A DNA stretch of 32,000 bases from Mycoplasmoides genitalium G37 (lineage in GTDB: Bacteria > Bacillota_I > Bacilli_A > Mycoplasmatales > Mycoplasmoidaceae): positions 180,001 to 212,000 of the forward strand of contig NC_000908.2 of the NCBI RefSeq assembly GCF_000027325.1, given 5' to 3'. This document shows, piece by piece, positions 1-9,970 of the stretch (position 1 is the stretch's first letter; the number at the start of each line of letters is the position of its first letter). Both the position numbers and the translations under genes were made by a program. The notes beneath the pieces were generated by a model. That model did no database searches, had not been told where the DNA came from, and saw only the letters and a list, made by a program, of their open reading frames with translations.

Positions 1-746
1 CTGCTATCTTAGGACCTAAGGGTGAGAAGATTAGGGGGATTAGTGAGGAATTTAATGGTGAGATTATTGACATTGTCTTTTGGAATGAAGACAAGTTAAA
101 GTTCTTAATTAATGCCATTTTACCTGCAGAAGTCATTGGTTATAACATCTTGCAGGATGATGAGCGTGATACTAGTATTGAAGTTGTTGTACCTGCAAAC
201 CAAATTGCTAATGTTTTTGGTTTTAAAGGTGTAAACATTAGGTTAATTAGTAATTTAACAGGTTGAAATAGTGTTGATGTTTACAGTGAAAAAGATGCAA
301 GTGAAGCCAACATTAAATTCACGAGGTTAAGCTTTGAACCTGAAGGGTTGTTTGGCATCAAAAAAAGAAGGGAAAAGATCATTAGTAATGATGCTACTGA
401 TAAAGTCTTTTACACCTCTAAAGACAATGTGATAGATGATGAGATTATTGTTGATTTAGCTAAAGATCTAATGGTTGATAATAAACAAAAACAACCTGAG
501 CAAGTTGCAAAGCAAGTTGTTGAAAAATCACAATTAGAAAAACAAGTTACTCCAAAAGAAAAAGAGAAAGTTCAACCAAAAGCTAAGGTTCATTCTAATA
601 GCCATTCCAAAAAACCAGCTAAACCTAATCAGATTTTTTCTATCACTGTTGATGCTAGTGATAAGAATCTTAAAAAAGATCAAGTTGATAATAACCAAAC
701 AAACCCCCAAACAAAACAAACATTTGATAGCTTTGATGATCTTTAA
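1..746 (+). CDS. nusA: Transcription termination/antitermination factor NusA, 3' part (start is outside the window)
   Basis: Open in frame 3 from the window edge to TAA at 744-746 when TGA (264-266) is read as Trp (RLISNLTGWNSVDVYSEKDAS). Followed by ylxR-infB-rbfA as in the nusA operon. The visible part contains a KH-like segment and a low-complexity tail. Confidence 0.9.
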
Positions 747-1018
747 TGCAACTAATAACAAGACTTTGTTTATTAACAAGAAAACATTTTGTTAAAAGAG
801 AACTTTTACGTCTTGTAAAATTAGACAACCAACTTGAAATTGATCTTAATCAAAATCTCAAGGGCAGGGGTTATTATTTGAGTGTTTTTGGTTTAAAGCT
901 AGATAAAAAACACCTCAAAGCTGTAGTTGAAAAACACCTTAAGGTTAGTTGTAATGATGCAAAGCTTACTGCAATGATTACCGCCTTACAACAATTAGCA
1001 CAAGATGAAAAAAAATAG
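746..1018 (+). CDS. ylxR: YlxR/DUF448 family protein (RNase P modulator RnpM family)
   Basis: 90 aa with the family pattern RLCLLTRKHFVKRELLRLVK...GRGYYLS, located between nusA and infB. Confidence 0.85.
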   Translation: MQLITRLCLLTRKHFVKRELLRLVKLDNQLEIDLNQNLKGRGYYLSVFGLKLDKKHLKAVVEKHLKVSCNDAKLTAMITALQQLAQDEKK

Positions 1019-2864
1019 AGCTTTCAATCAGGTTAAAAAAACAAAGTTTGACGGTAGGATTAAAACCAGTGCCAAACACCAGTTACGTAATGTTAAAACC
1101 GGGGTTAAAGATGGTGTTTTTATCTATAAAGGTCCTTTAACTGTTAGTGAGTTTGCAAGTAAAACTAATATCGCTGTTGCTAACATTATCAAACACTTTT
1201 TTTTAAATGGTTTGGCACTAACAGTTAATTCAGTTTTAACAAATGAACAGTTAGCAGATGCATGTGTTAACTTTGGGTTTGACTTTAAGATGGAAACTGA
1301 AGTTACCCATGAAAATATTGTAGCTAACATCCAGTTTGAAGATAGTGATGATTTATTGCAACCAAGACCACCTATTGTTACTATCATGGGTCATGTTGAC
1401 CATGGTAAAACTTCGCTTTTAGACACAATTAGAAAAACTAATGTAACTGCTAAGGAGTTTGGCGGAATTACCCAAAAAATTGGTGCTTATCAGGTGAAAA
1501 ATCACCAAAATAAAACGATTACTTTTATTGATACTCCTGGGCATGAAGCATTTACTTTAATGCGTGCAAGGGGTGCAAAAGTAACTGATATTGTGGTGTT
1601 GGTTGTGGCAGCGGATGATGGGATTAAAAAGCAAACAGAGGAAGCAATTAGCCATGCTAAGAGTGCTAACACTCCTATCATTGTTTTTATTAACAAGATG
1701 GATAAACCAACTGCTAACCCTGATCTGGTGATCCAACAACTCAATAAGTTTGATTTAGTTCCTGAGGCTTGGGGTGGGAAAACTATCTTTGTAATGGGTA
1801 GTGCTTTAACTGGTCAAGGGATTAATGAGTTGCTTGATAATATCTTGTTGCTAGGGGAAGTGGAGGGTTATCAAGCTAACTATAATGCCCATTCATCTGG
1901 TTATGCAATTGAAGTACAAACTTCAAAGGGACTTGGCCCTATTGCCAATGTCATTGTAAAAAGGGGTACTTTAAAGTTAGGTGACATTGTGGTGTTAGGG
2001 CCTGCATATGGAAGAGTTAGAACGATGCATGATGAAAATGGTAATAGCTTAAAACAAGCAACCCCTTCAAAACCTGTGCAGATCTCAGGGTTTGACATTA
2101 TGCCTGTTGCTGGGGAAAAGTTCATTGTTTTTGATGATGAGAAGGATGCAAAGTTAATTGCTAACAAGTTTAAAGAACAACAAAAACAAAAAGCTAACAA
2201 CTTAACAGTTAATCAAACCTTAAAAGAACAGATTAAAAACAAGGAAATTAAGATATTAAATTTGATCTTTAAAGCAGATAGTGATGGTTCATTGCAAGCT
2301 ATTAAACAAGCAGTTGAAAACATTAATGTTGCTAAGATCTCACTTAGTATCATCCATGCTGCAGTGGGGCAGATATCAGAGAGTGATATTATGCTAGCAA
2401 AAGCATCAGGGGCTTTATTGTTTAGTTTAAACTTAGGTTTGAGTCAAACTGTAAAAAACATTGCTAGTTTACAAGGGGTAAAATTAGAAGTTCACTACCA
2501 TATCCCTAAACTAGCAGAGGAGATTGAAAACATCTTAAAAGGTCAATTAGATCCTGTTTATGAAGAGATTGAAATAGGTAAAGCGGAAGTTTTACAACTC
2601 TGGTTCCACTCTAAAATCGGTAATATTGCAGGAACCATTGTTAAATCAGGAAAGATAAAAAGAGGGAATTTATGTAAGTTATTCAGAGATAAAGAGATTA
2701 TCTTTGAAGGCAGAATTGACTCTTTAAAAAATGAAAAAACGCCTGTTAATTTAATAGAAACAGGGAAGAATTGTGGGATAGTTATTAATGGTTGCAATGA
2801 TATTAAGATTGGTGATATCATTGTTGCTTATGAAAAGCAGATAGTTAAAGATGGCAAGCTATAG
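1005..2864 (+). CDS. infB: Translation initiation factor IF-2
   Basis: GTPase motifs [20 protein letters not shown] and NKMDKP; 619 aa. Confidence 0.98.
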   Translation: MKKNRAFNQVKKTKFDGRIKTSAKHQLRNVKTGVKDGVFIYKGPLTVSEFASKTNIAVANIIKHFFLNGLALTVNSVLTNEQLADACVNFGFDFKMETEVTHENIVANIQFEDSDDLLQPRPPIVTIMGHVDHGKTSLLDTIRKTNVTAKEFGGITQKIGAYQVKNHQNKTITFIDTPGHEAFTLMRARGAKVTDIVVLVVAADDGIKKQTEEAISHAKSANTPIIVFINKMDKPTANPDLVIQQLNKFDLVPEAWGGKTIFVMGSALTGQGINELLDNILLLGEVEGYQANYNAHSSGYAIEVQTSKGLGPIANVIVKRGTLKLGDIVVLGPAYGRVRTMHDENGNSLKQATPSKPVQISGFDIMPVAGEKFIVFDDEKDAKLIANKFKEQQKQKANNLTVNQTLKEQIKNKEIKILNLIFKADSDGSLQAIKQAVENINVAKISLSIIHAAVGQISESDIMLAKASGALLFSLNLGLSQTVKNIASLQGVKLEVHYHIPKLAEEIENILKGQLDPVYEEIEIGKAEVLQLWFHSKIGNIAGTIVKSGKIKRGNLCKLFRDKEIIFEGRIDSLKNEKTPVNLIETGKNCGIVINGCNDIKIGDIIVAYEKQIVKDGKL

Positions 2865-3189
2865 AAAACAACGGATTGAAAATGATATCATCCGCTTAAT
2901 TAATCGCACGATTATTAATGAGATCTATGATCCTGTTGTTAAGTTAGGTCATGTTAGCCATGTGAAGTTATCAGCTGATTTTTTTCATGCAGTAGTTTAT
3001 CTTGATTGTTATGATCGTAGTCAGATTCAAACTGTAGTTAATGCTTTTAAAAAGGCTCAGGGCGTTTTTAGTCAAATGTTAGCACAAAATTTGTACCTAG
3101 CTAAAAGTGTAAAACTCCACTTTGTGAAGGATGATGCAATTGACAATGCTTTGAAAATAGAACAGATAATTAACTCTTTGAAAAACTAA
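2851..3189 (+). CDS. rbfA: Ribosome-binding factor A
   Basis: 112 aa, [21 protein letters not shown]...; directly after infB. Confidence 0.9.
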   Translation: MASYRKQRIENDIIRLINRTIINEIYDPVVKLGHVSHVKLSADFFHAVVYLDCYDRSQIQTVVNAFKKAQGVFSQMLAQNLYLAKSVKLHFVKDDAIDNALKIEQIINSLKN

Positions 3190-3213
3190 CAGCTTGAAGT
3201 AAAATTAATCCTA

Positions 3214-4053
3214 ATGGACCCACAAAACAAGTCCCCAAAACCACAAGTTAAATCAACTAGATTGGTTGTCAAAAAACAACCAGCAGGTGTTGTTTTTCCC
3301 AAATTGAGTATTCCTGTTAATGATTTTGAAAAAACAGTTACTTTAACAAGAGCACAAAAAAAGGAAGCTAAACTTCTCAAAAAAGCCCAAAGGAAAGCTA
3401 ATAAGCTTAATAATAAACAAGATAGTACCTTTTTCAATTCTGCTTCAGGTGAGACTAATAACACCATTCTTCCTCCTGGTGTTAAAAATCAAGCTGATAA
3501 TAAAACTAACCGTTTTAGTAAATTTATTAGTTTTTTCACTTCTTCAAAAAACAAACAACCAGATGAAATAACAGAAAGGTTAGTTGATGATCCTACTGTT
3601 AAAAACCGTTTTAGTGCTTTTAATAAGAAGCTTATTTGAGTTCTAAAGGATAAAAAACTAAGAGCAAGAGCGTGGAAGATTGTTGGTTATACCAATTTAG
3701 TTATTGTGGCATTTTTTGCTGGACTTTTAGCAGTGATGAATAAGTTCATCACCCTTTCCTCAGTTGAATATCCTGCTATTGCTTTACAACTCCCTATTAA
3801 CAATGCATTATGAGGGATTTCTATCTTTGTTATTAGCATTGTTACTTTACCGTTTTGAACAATGTTTATCTTGTTTTTAATGGGAGTAAAGGATGTGAGA
3901 ACTTCGCGTTCTATCCATTATTTTATCTGGATAGTGTTAATTATTAATGTAGTTTTATTACTAGTTAGTTGCTTGTTGATGATTGCTGCTTATGCCCATC
4001 TTGATGGTTATAACATCTGAAGAAACTTAGAATCACTTAACCCTAATAACTAA
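3214..4053 (+). CDS. Uncharacterised protein: Lys/Pro-rich soluble N-terminus plus multi-TM C-terminal half (MG144-like)
   Basis: One frame (mod 3 = 1) across TGA at 3637-3639, then hydrophobic segments ([61 protein letters not shown]) to TAA 4051-4053; 279 aa. Confidence 0.85.
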
Positions 4054-4862
4054 TGAAATCACTCTTTATTGGTTATTTTGATGGATTACATCAAGGTCAT
4101 CTATTTTTAAAGCAGAACAGTAAGTTTGAACCAATGGTGTTATTAATTGATAACCCACCTTTAAAACAAACCAACTGGCTTTATGATTTACAACAACGGG
4201 TTGCACAAATAAAAACTTACTTGAAAGCAACTGTAGAAGTATTTGATGTTGCCAAACATAACATGAATGCACTTAGTTTTTTTGAACAACAGATTAAAAG
4301 ATTGAATTGTGATGAAATTATTGTTGGTACAGATTGGCATTTTGGTAATGATCATAAGGATGGGATCTGGTTAAAGAAACTGTTTAAAAATACTGTTATT
4401 GTTAATAAAACAAACCTATCAAGTAGTGTTATCCGTAACTATCTAACTAATAATGAACTTGAAAAAGCTAACCAACTTTTAGTGGAACCTTATTATAGAG
4501 TGGGCACAGTAGTACATGGTTTAAAAAAGGCAAGGTTGCTTGGTTTTCCAACTGCTAACATTGTTATGGATAACCACTTATTGACTTTAAATAAGGGGAG
4601 TTATATAGTAAGAGTTTTATTAAATAACCAAACTTTTTATGGGATTGGTTTTATTAGCCAAAAGGATCAGGATTTGGTGTGTGAAACCCATATCTTTAAC
4701 TTTAATAATGAGATTTATGGTTCACTGGTCAAATTTACACTGTTAAAGTTCATTAGAACAATTAGTAAGTTTTCCAGTCAAGCAGCTTTGCAAAAAGCAA
4801 TTCAAAGTGATGCTAACTTTGCTTTAAAGTGGTTGGAAAACCAAAATTTAGATAAAATTTAA
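4053..4862 (+). CDS. ribF: Bifunctional riboflavin kinase / FMN adenylyltransferase
   Basis: N-terminal [15 protein letters not shown] nucleotidyltransferase motif; SSSVIRNYL; [15 protein letters not shown] flavokinase motif. 269 aa. Confidence 0.92.
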
Positions 4863-4874
4863 AATCATCCAAAT

Positions 4875-6149
4875 ATGGACAGTGCCCCCAGTGGTTTAAC
4901 TTTAACTGTTATTATCCTTAGCATCATTCTGCTTGCTTTTATCAGCACAGTTGTATCAGCTTATGAAACAGCAATCACTTCTTTAACCCCTTACAGGTGA
5001 AAGAACTATATCAAGACTAACAACAAGCAAGATAAACTATCAACTAAGATAATAAACCACTTTCAAAACCACTATTCAAGTTGTTTAATTACTATCCTAA
5101 TTACTAACAACATAGTGGCCATTATGGTTTCTAACATCCTTTTTTTAGCACTAGAACAAACAATTAAAAATGAGCTTTTATCAAGTGTTTTAAATTTGGT
5201 AGTTAGTGGGGTTTTAATCGTCTCTTTTTGTGAAATTCTACCCAAAACTTTGGGCAGAATTAATGTGATTAGAACCCTGGTTCTATTTGCTTATTTGGTT
5301 TATTTTTTTTATCTGATCTTTTGACCAATTACTAAGCTAACCAGTTTAATTCTCAAAAAGTATGAAAACCCCTTACCTGTTTCAAGGAAAGATGTTTATT
5401 ATTTTATTGATGAAATTGAACAAAACGGTTTATTTTCCAAAGAAGATAGTTTACTGATTAAAAAAACCTTAATCTTTGACCAAGTACTAGTTAAAAAGGT
5501 AATGATCAAGTGAAAAAAAGTGGCTTATTGTTATCTTAATGACAGTATTAACTTGATTGCCAAGCAGTTTTTACAAAGGCAGTTTTCCAGAATGCCAGTA
5601 GTAGATAAAACTACTAATAAGATAGTTGGTTTTATCCATTTAAAGGATTTTTTTACAGCTAAAGAAGCAAACCCTAAGTCACTTGATTTAAACCAGTTGC
5701 TTTATCCAGTTGTTTTAGTTCAAGATTCCACCCCCATCAAACAAGCACTAAGACAGATGCGTTTAAACAGAGCACATTTAGCAGTTGTTAATGATAAACA
5801 TGAAAAAACAATAGGGATTGTTTCTATGGAGGATATTATTGAAGAGTTGGTGGGTGAAATCTATGATGAACATGATGATATCCAACCGATCCAAGTATTG
5901 GATGAAAATGTTTGACTTGTTTTACCTAATGTAAAAGCAGCCTACTTTTTTAATAAGTGAATTAAGCCAGATTTGGTAAAATCAAAAAATATTACTATCC
6001 AGCATTATCTCGCTTCACTAGATAATGATAGTTTTGCTTGCCAAAATAAGCTTGACACTCCCTTATTTAGTGTTGAAGTGATAGCTGATAGCGAAGATAA
6101 AACCAAAATTCTTTACGAAATTAGAAAGAAGAGTGATGTTATTGCTTAG
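4875..6149 (+). CDS. CorC/HlyC-type membrane protein (DUF21 domain plus CBS pair; MG146-like)
   Basis: Frame 0 from ATG 4875 to TAG 6147-6149 with TGA read as Trp; joins track ORFs 5115-5324 and 5520-5915. DUF21-like TM region (AYETAITSL...NNIVAIMVSNILF) and CBS repeats (RMPVVDKTTNKIVGFIHLKDF, AHLAVVNDKHEKTIGIVSMEDIIEELVGEIYDEHD). 424 aa. Confidence 0.93.
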
Positions 6150-7263
6150 AGCATTATTTTTAGAGTTGAAAACCAACAAAAATTGTAAAGCTTTACTTTT
6201 GTTATTAATCCCCTTACTAGTTGGTTTAACCTTGATAATCTATGGGATTGTCTTATTTTCCACTGAAGGGGTAATTGACCATGGTGATCATAACCACTTA
6301 AGAGCAAGGTTTCAACTCACTTTAGAGGAGATTATTGTTTTTGTTGTTGGTAGTATTATCTTGTTTTTTACTTTAGCTAGCTTTTGTGTGAGTTGCTTTA
6401 TGTTAATGAGAAGTCCTAAGCAAAAACAGCTAGAGGTTGATCATGCTAATAAAACTAATTTAAAACCAAAAGCAATAGTTAATTGTGATCTTTTTCAGTT
6501 GGGTGATTACTGTGTGTTTACATTTAAAAAACTTAGCTTTAAACAACGGTTTAAGCAAGATTTTTTTGCTAGAAGTAAGTTTTCGTTTCGCAGTGAACTG
6601 TATCGTCTTTGTTTGGTGGGAGTGTTAATTGCTCTCAATTTAGCGTTAAGTTTGATTGAAATTCCTGGGATAGTTTTACCTTGGGGTAGTTCGATCCAAT
6701 TCCGTTTTTTTAATACGGCTATCTTGTTTATTGCTGTTAGGTTGGTGGGATTATTATCTACTTCTTTAGTGGCTTTAATCACCCCCTGATTACACCTGTT
6801 AATCCATCCTATTCACACCCCCATTAGTAGTTTGTTTTACATGGTTAATGACTTTTTGGTGCTGTGGATCTTTTATTTCTTTTTTTTCCATCTCTTTAAA
6901 GCAGAGGTGATCCAAACTACTACTGTAGTTGACAACAAACCTTTTAGTCAGTTAGTTAATACTAAAAAGACGAAGTGAACAAAGTTTTTTTCCTTACTTG
7001 TAATTAGCTTTTTGTGTGGCTTTATTGAGGGGTTAGGTTTTTACTTTGGTTATTTTTTAATCCTTGGTAATGTTTCTAGTTTAGGATTGAAGATCTATTA
7101 TGATGGGTTACAACAACGTGATCTGATTAACAGTAGTAATGTTTTGTTCTTTTTAATGACAACAACTGCTATCTTCAGTATTAAATACATCTTTGAGATG
7201 TTATTTTTCTTTAGTGTTGAAAAGAATGTAGTTAATATTGCTAACCACTTTGGTTTGTATTAA
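6133..7263 (+). CDS. Multi-pass membrane protein with ECF S-component-like region (MG147-like)
   Basis: GTG start 6133 (ATG 6136 possible), continuous through TGA 6787-6789 and TGA at about 6976 to TAA 7261-7263; 376 aa; overlaps the previous CDS by 17 nt. Confidence 0.87.
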
Positions 7264-7277
7264 TCTAAACTTTTTGC

Positions 7278-7293
7278 AACTAATTAATTAGTT
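7278..7293. repeat. Perfect 16-bp palindrome AACTAATTAATTAGTT, 8 nt upstream of the next start codon
   Basis: Read directly from sequence; overlaps a second 12-bp palindrome TTAGTTAACTAA (7288-7299). Confidence 0.6.
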
Positions 7294-7301
7294 AACTAAT
7301 A

Positions 7302-8531
7302 ATGAAGTATGTAAAAGTACAGATCATCAATAAATCAACTATTGAACTGTTAGAGGATGCTAAAAAAGGGGAAAAAATTAATTTAGATTTAATTAACCAA
7401 GTTGATCAGACCAACATCCTCAATACGATCACTACTAACCAAAAATTAGCATGAGAAAAGGAGTTAAGTGCTCAATTTATCAATCAGCAGAATGAGTTAA
7501 TTAAAAACTTTGAAATTGAGATCATTAAGTTAAAAACTATGCTTAATGACAAAGAGCAAGCATTGTTGTTAAAAACCAAATTAGAATTACAAAACCAGTT
7601 TCAAAAGCAGATAGAGAACTATATCAATGAGATTAACAAGCTCAAGTTAACCAATAAAGAGCTTGAAATTACTAACCAAAAACAACTAGAAAGCTCACTT
7701 AAACTACAGCGAAACGAATTTGAAGAGAAAATCAACCAGCAAAACTTAACGATTGAAAAACTGAAAATTCAACAAGCAAGAAGTAGTATCTGAGCAGTTG
7801 CTAAAAAAGGGAATGAACTTGAAAAGTGGTGTGAAAACCAGTATGAGTCTTATGCAGATAGCTTTGAAAACTGTCAGTTTACTAGGTATAAAACTGAAAT
7901 TAACTTATTAGATGAAAATGATTTTCCTAATGAAAAAGCAGATTACATCTTTAGTTTCTTTGGTGAAAAAACCAATAAAATTCCGTTTTTATCAATTTGC
8001 TGTGAGATGAAAAGTGAGTTTAATGATAGTAAGCATAAATCAAAAAACAAAGATCATATTAGCAAACTGGTCAGGGATGCTAAACGTGCTAACTGCAAGT
8101 ATGCTTTTTTAATTAGTGAACTTGAACTGGAGACTGAAAATGACATCCAAGTGCGCTTAATGCCAACATTGGAAAGTGGTGTTGAAGTCTATCTAGTTAG
8201 ACCAATGTTTTTTATCTTAATGCTTAAACTTTTCTATAAGTTAGCTAAGAAGTTGTTTGCCCTTAACCGTTTTCAATCAGTTGAACTAATTGATAAAAAT
8301 AAGTTAAATGAACAGTTTAAACAGTTGAAAGATAATTTTTTAACCAAAACCTTTTTAGAGATTGAAAAAGTGTGTAAAAGTAACTTAGTTGATATTGAAA
8401 CACTTGAAAAAGCAGTGGTGAAACTAAGGGTTAGAAACGAACGCGTTTTAGATCAGTTACTTAATAAATGAACTAAGAAAATTGATAGCTTTGATTTACA
8501 GTTAACTAAGAAAATTACTAATAACTACTAG
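7302..8531 (+). CDS. DUF2130-like coiled-coil protein with predicted PD-(D/E)XK-like C-terminal region (MG148-like)
   Basis: Frame 0 from ATG 7302 to TAG 8529-8531, reading through several TGA codons; joins ORFs 7539-7793 and 8007-8471. Coiled-coil N-terminus, then GNELEKWCENQY...KADYIFSFFGEKTNKIPFLSICCEMKSEF. 409 aa. Confidence 0.85.
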
Positions 8532-8545
8532 GGTTTAATTTGTTA

Positions 8546-8572
8546 GCTTATTTAGAAAAATTCAAAATAAGC
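8546..8572. repeat. Inverted repeat GCTTATTT-N11-AAATAAGC just upstream of a TATAAT box
   Basis: Arms 8546-8553 and 8565-8572 are perfect reverse complements. The element sits where a -35/operator would be relative to TATAAT 8577-8582. Confidence 0.6.
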
Positions 8573-8576
8573 AAAT

Positions 8577-8582
8577 TATAAT
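8577..8582 (+). promoter_or_regulatory. Consensus -10 box TATAAT for the His-rich lipoprotein gene
   Basis: Exact TATAAT, followed by ATG at 8607 (or GTG at 8586). Confidence 0.6.
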
Positions 8583-8606
8583 TAGGTGTCTTTCTTTACT
8601 AAAAAT

Positions 8607-9452
8607 ATGAAATTATACCGATCTTTAAAAGCAGCCCTGTTACCAGGGATATGCACTAGCATTTTACTTGCTAGTTGTGCTTCAACAAATACTTATCAAG
8701 ACCAAAGGAATGCCTTGATTAGTTTGGCTTCTAATCGTGATACTTTAATTGCGAATGCTAAAAAATCCAAAGAAGAAGTGCAAAAAGAAGTTACCAAAAT
8801 GAATAGTAGTACTTCATCAATGATGACAGCTACCCAAAGTGTTGCAATTACAACACATCAAACTACTGAAAAAACAAATAATTCTAAGTATGATCTAGAC
8901 AAGCTTTTTAAGGATTACATCCTTTATGTTGTTGATAATTTTTCAGGACTTGTTTTTAAAAGAACTGGCGGTCATAGGATCCAGTTAATCGATAAGGATA
9001 AAGAGATTTTGGATGGTGGTAATCTAACTAAACATACCCACCACGATCATAACCATATGCATAATCATGAACATGAACATGAAGAACACCATGATGAGGA
9101 AGAGACAGAAGTAGTTGGCAGAGCACTATCTTTTACTAATGGCATCTTTCTAGTGATTGACTATAAAAAAGACTCTGAAAGAAAAAATATGAGTGGTTCA
9201 ACTACTATGATGCACCAACACCACCATGAAGCTGAAGAACATAAAGAGGAACGTAAGCTCTCTTTAAACTTAAAAGCATACAAATTTAATACCCCTTTTA
9301 ACATTAGTGAGTTTATTAGTGCTTGACATCATAAAGAATCTCATAATAGTGACACAGAGTTCAATAACCTTCACAATAAGTATGACAAGGAAGAATTGGA
9401 TATTATTGACTATAACTTTGAAGAAAAAGCTGTTGATGAAACAATTGCTTAA
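8607..9452 (+). CDS. Histidine-rich lipoprotein (MG149-like)
   Basis: Signal peptide MKLYRSLKAALLPGICTSILLASC with lipobox LASC; His/Glu-rich block HTHHDHNHMHNHEHEHEEHHDEEE and second block MHQHHHEAEEH. Continues through TGA 9324-9326 to TAA 9450-9452. GTG 8586 is an alternative start. Confidence 0.9.
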
Positions 9453-9494
9453 CTAAAAAAGATAGTTATTAACTTAATTTAGAATTAACTAATG

Positions 9495-9520
9495 ACAGTG
9501 TACACTTACACTGTTTTTTT
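9495..9520 (+). terminator. Intrinsic-terminator-like hairpin: ACAGTGTA-CACT-TACACTGT followed by a T tract
   Basis: Perfect 8-bp stem (9495-9502 / 9507-9514), 4-nt loop, 7 consecutive T (9514-9520); 43 nt after the lipoprotein stop codon. Confidence 0.65.
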
Positions 9521-9545
9521 ATTTAATTGAGAAAATATTGGGTTG

Positions 9546-9956
9546 ATGGAACAACAAAACCCTGATCGTTTAAAAAAAGATAGGGAACTTATTTATGCAA
9601 TTGTTACAGCTAAAGGTATCATTAGCCGTTTCTTTTGATCAATCCTTAGTTTTTTAATTACTAACCTTATCTTCTTTTTTGCAGCTTTTGTAGCGCTCTT
9701 AATTTATCTGTTAGCAAGTGTTGATAATCAGTTTGCATTTGTTTTTATTGCTGCAATTATCTTCATTATTTTTTACAACATCTTCTTTTTAAGTTACCTG
9801 TTGTTTATCTATTTTAAGGGCCAGAAAGCAATTGAAAACAACTGTAAGTACCTGTTAACAATCCTTGATATTAAGAGTGATGAACTGTTACCTTTTTCGC
9901 TTTTAGGTAGTTTAAGAAAAGGTTATATGCTAGATGAAATGCTCTTAGAACAGTAA
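9546..9956 (+). CDS. Small membrane protein (MG149.1-like), 136 aa
   Basis: Frame 0, ATG 9546 to TAA 9954-9956, with one internal TGA (FFW) that hides it from the ORF track. Two strong TM segments (ILSFLITNLIFFFAAFVALLIYLL and FAFVFIAAIIFIIFYNIFFLSYLLFIYF). Confidence 0.8.
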
Positions 9957-9961
9957 ATATT

Positions 9962-9970
9962 TGCTACAAT
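9962..9970 (+). promoter_or_regulatory. Candidate extended -10 (TGCTACAAT) for the S10 ribosomal operon
   Basis: TGnTACAAT in the 86-nt intergenic region before rpsJ. No clear -35, which is common in mycoplasmas. Confidence 0.4.

Noticed and set aside
8586-8606. GTG start at 8586 for the His-rich lipoprotein
   Set aside because: Falls within or before the expected transcription start implied by TATAAT 8577-8582 and would place extra residues before a good signal peptide. Kept as an alternative only.
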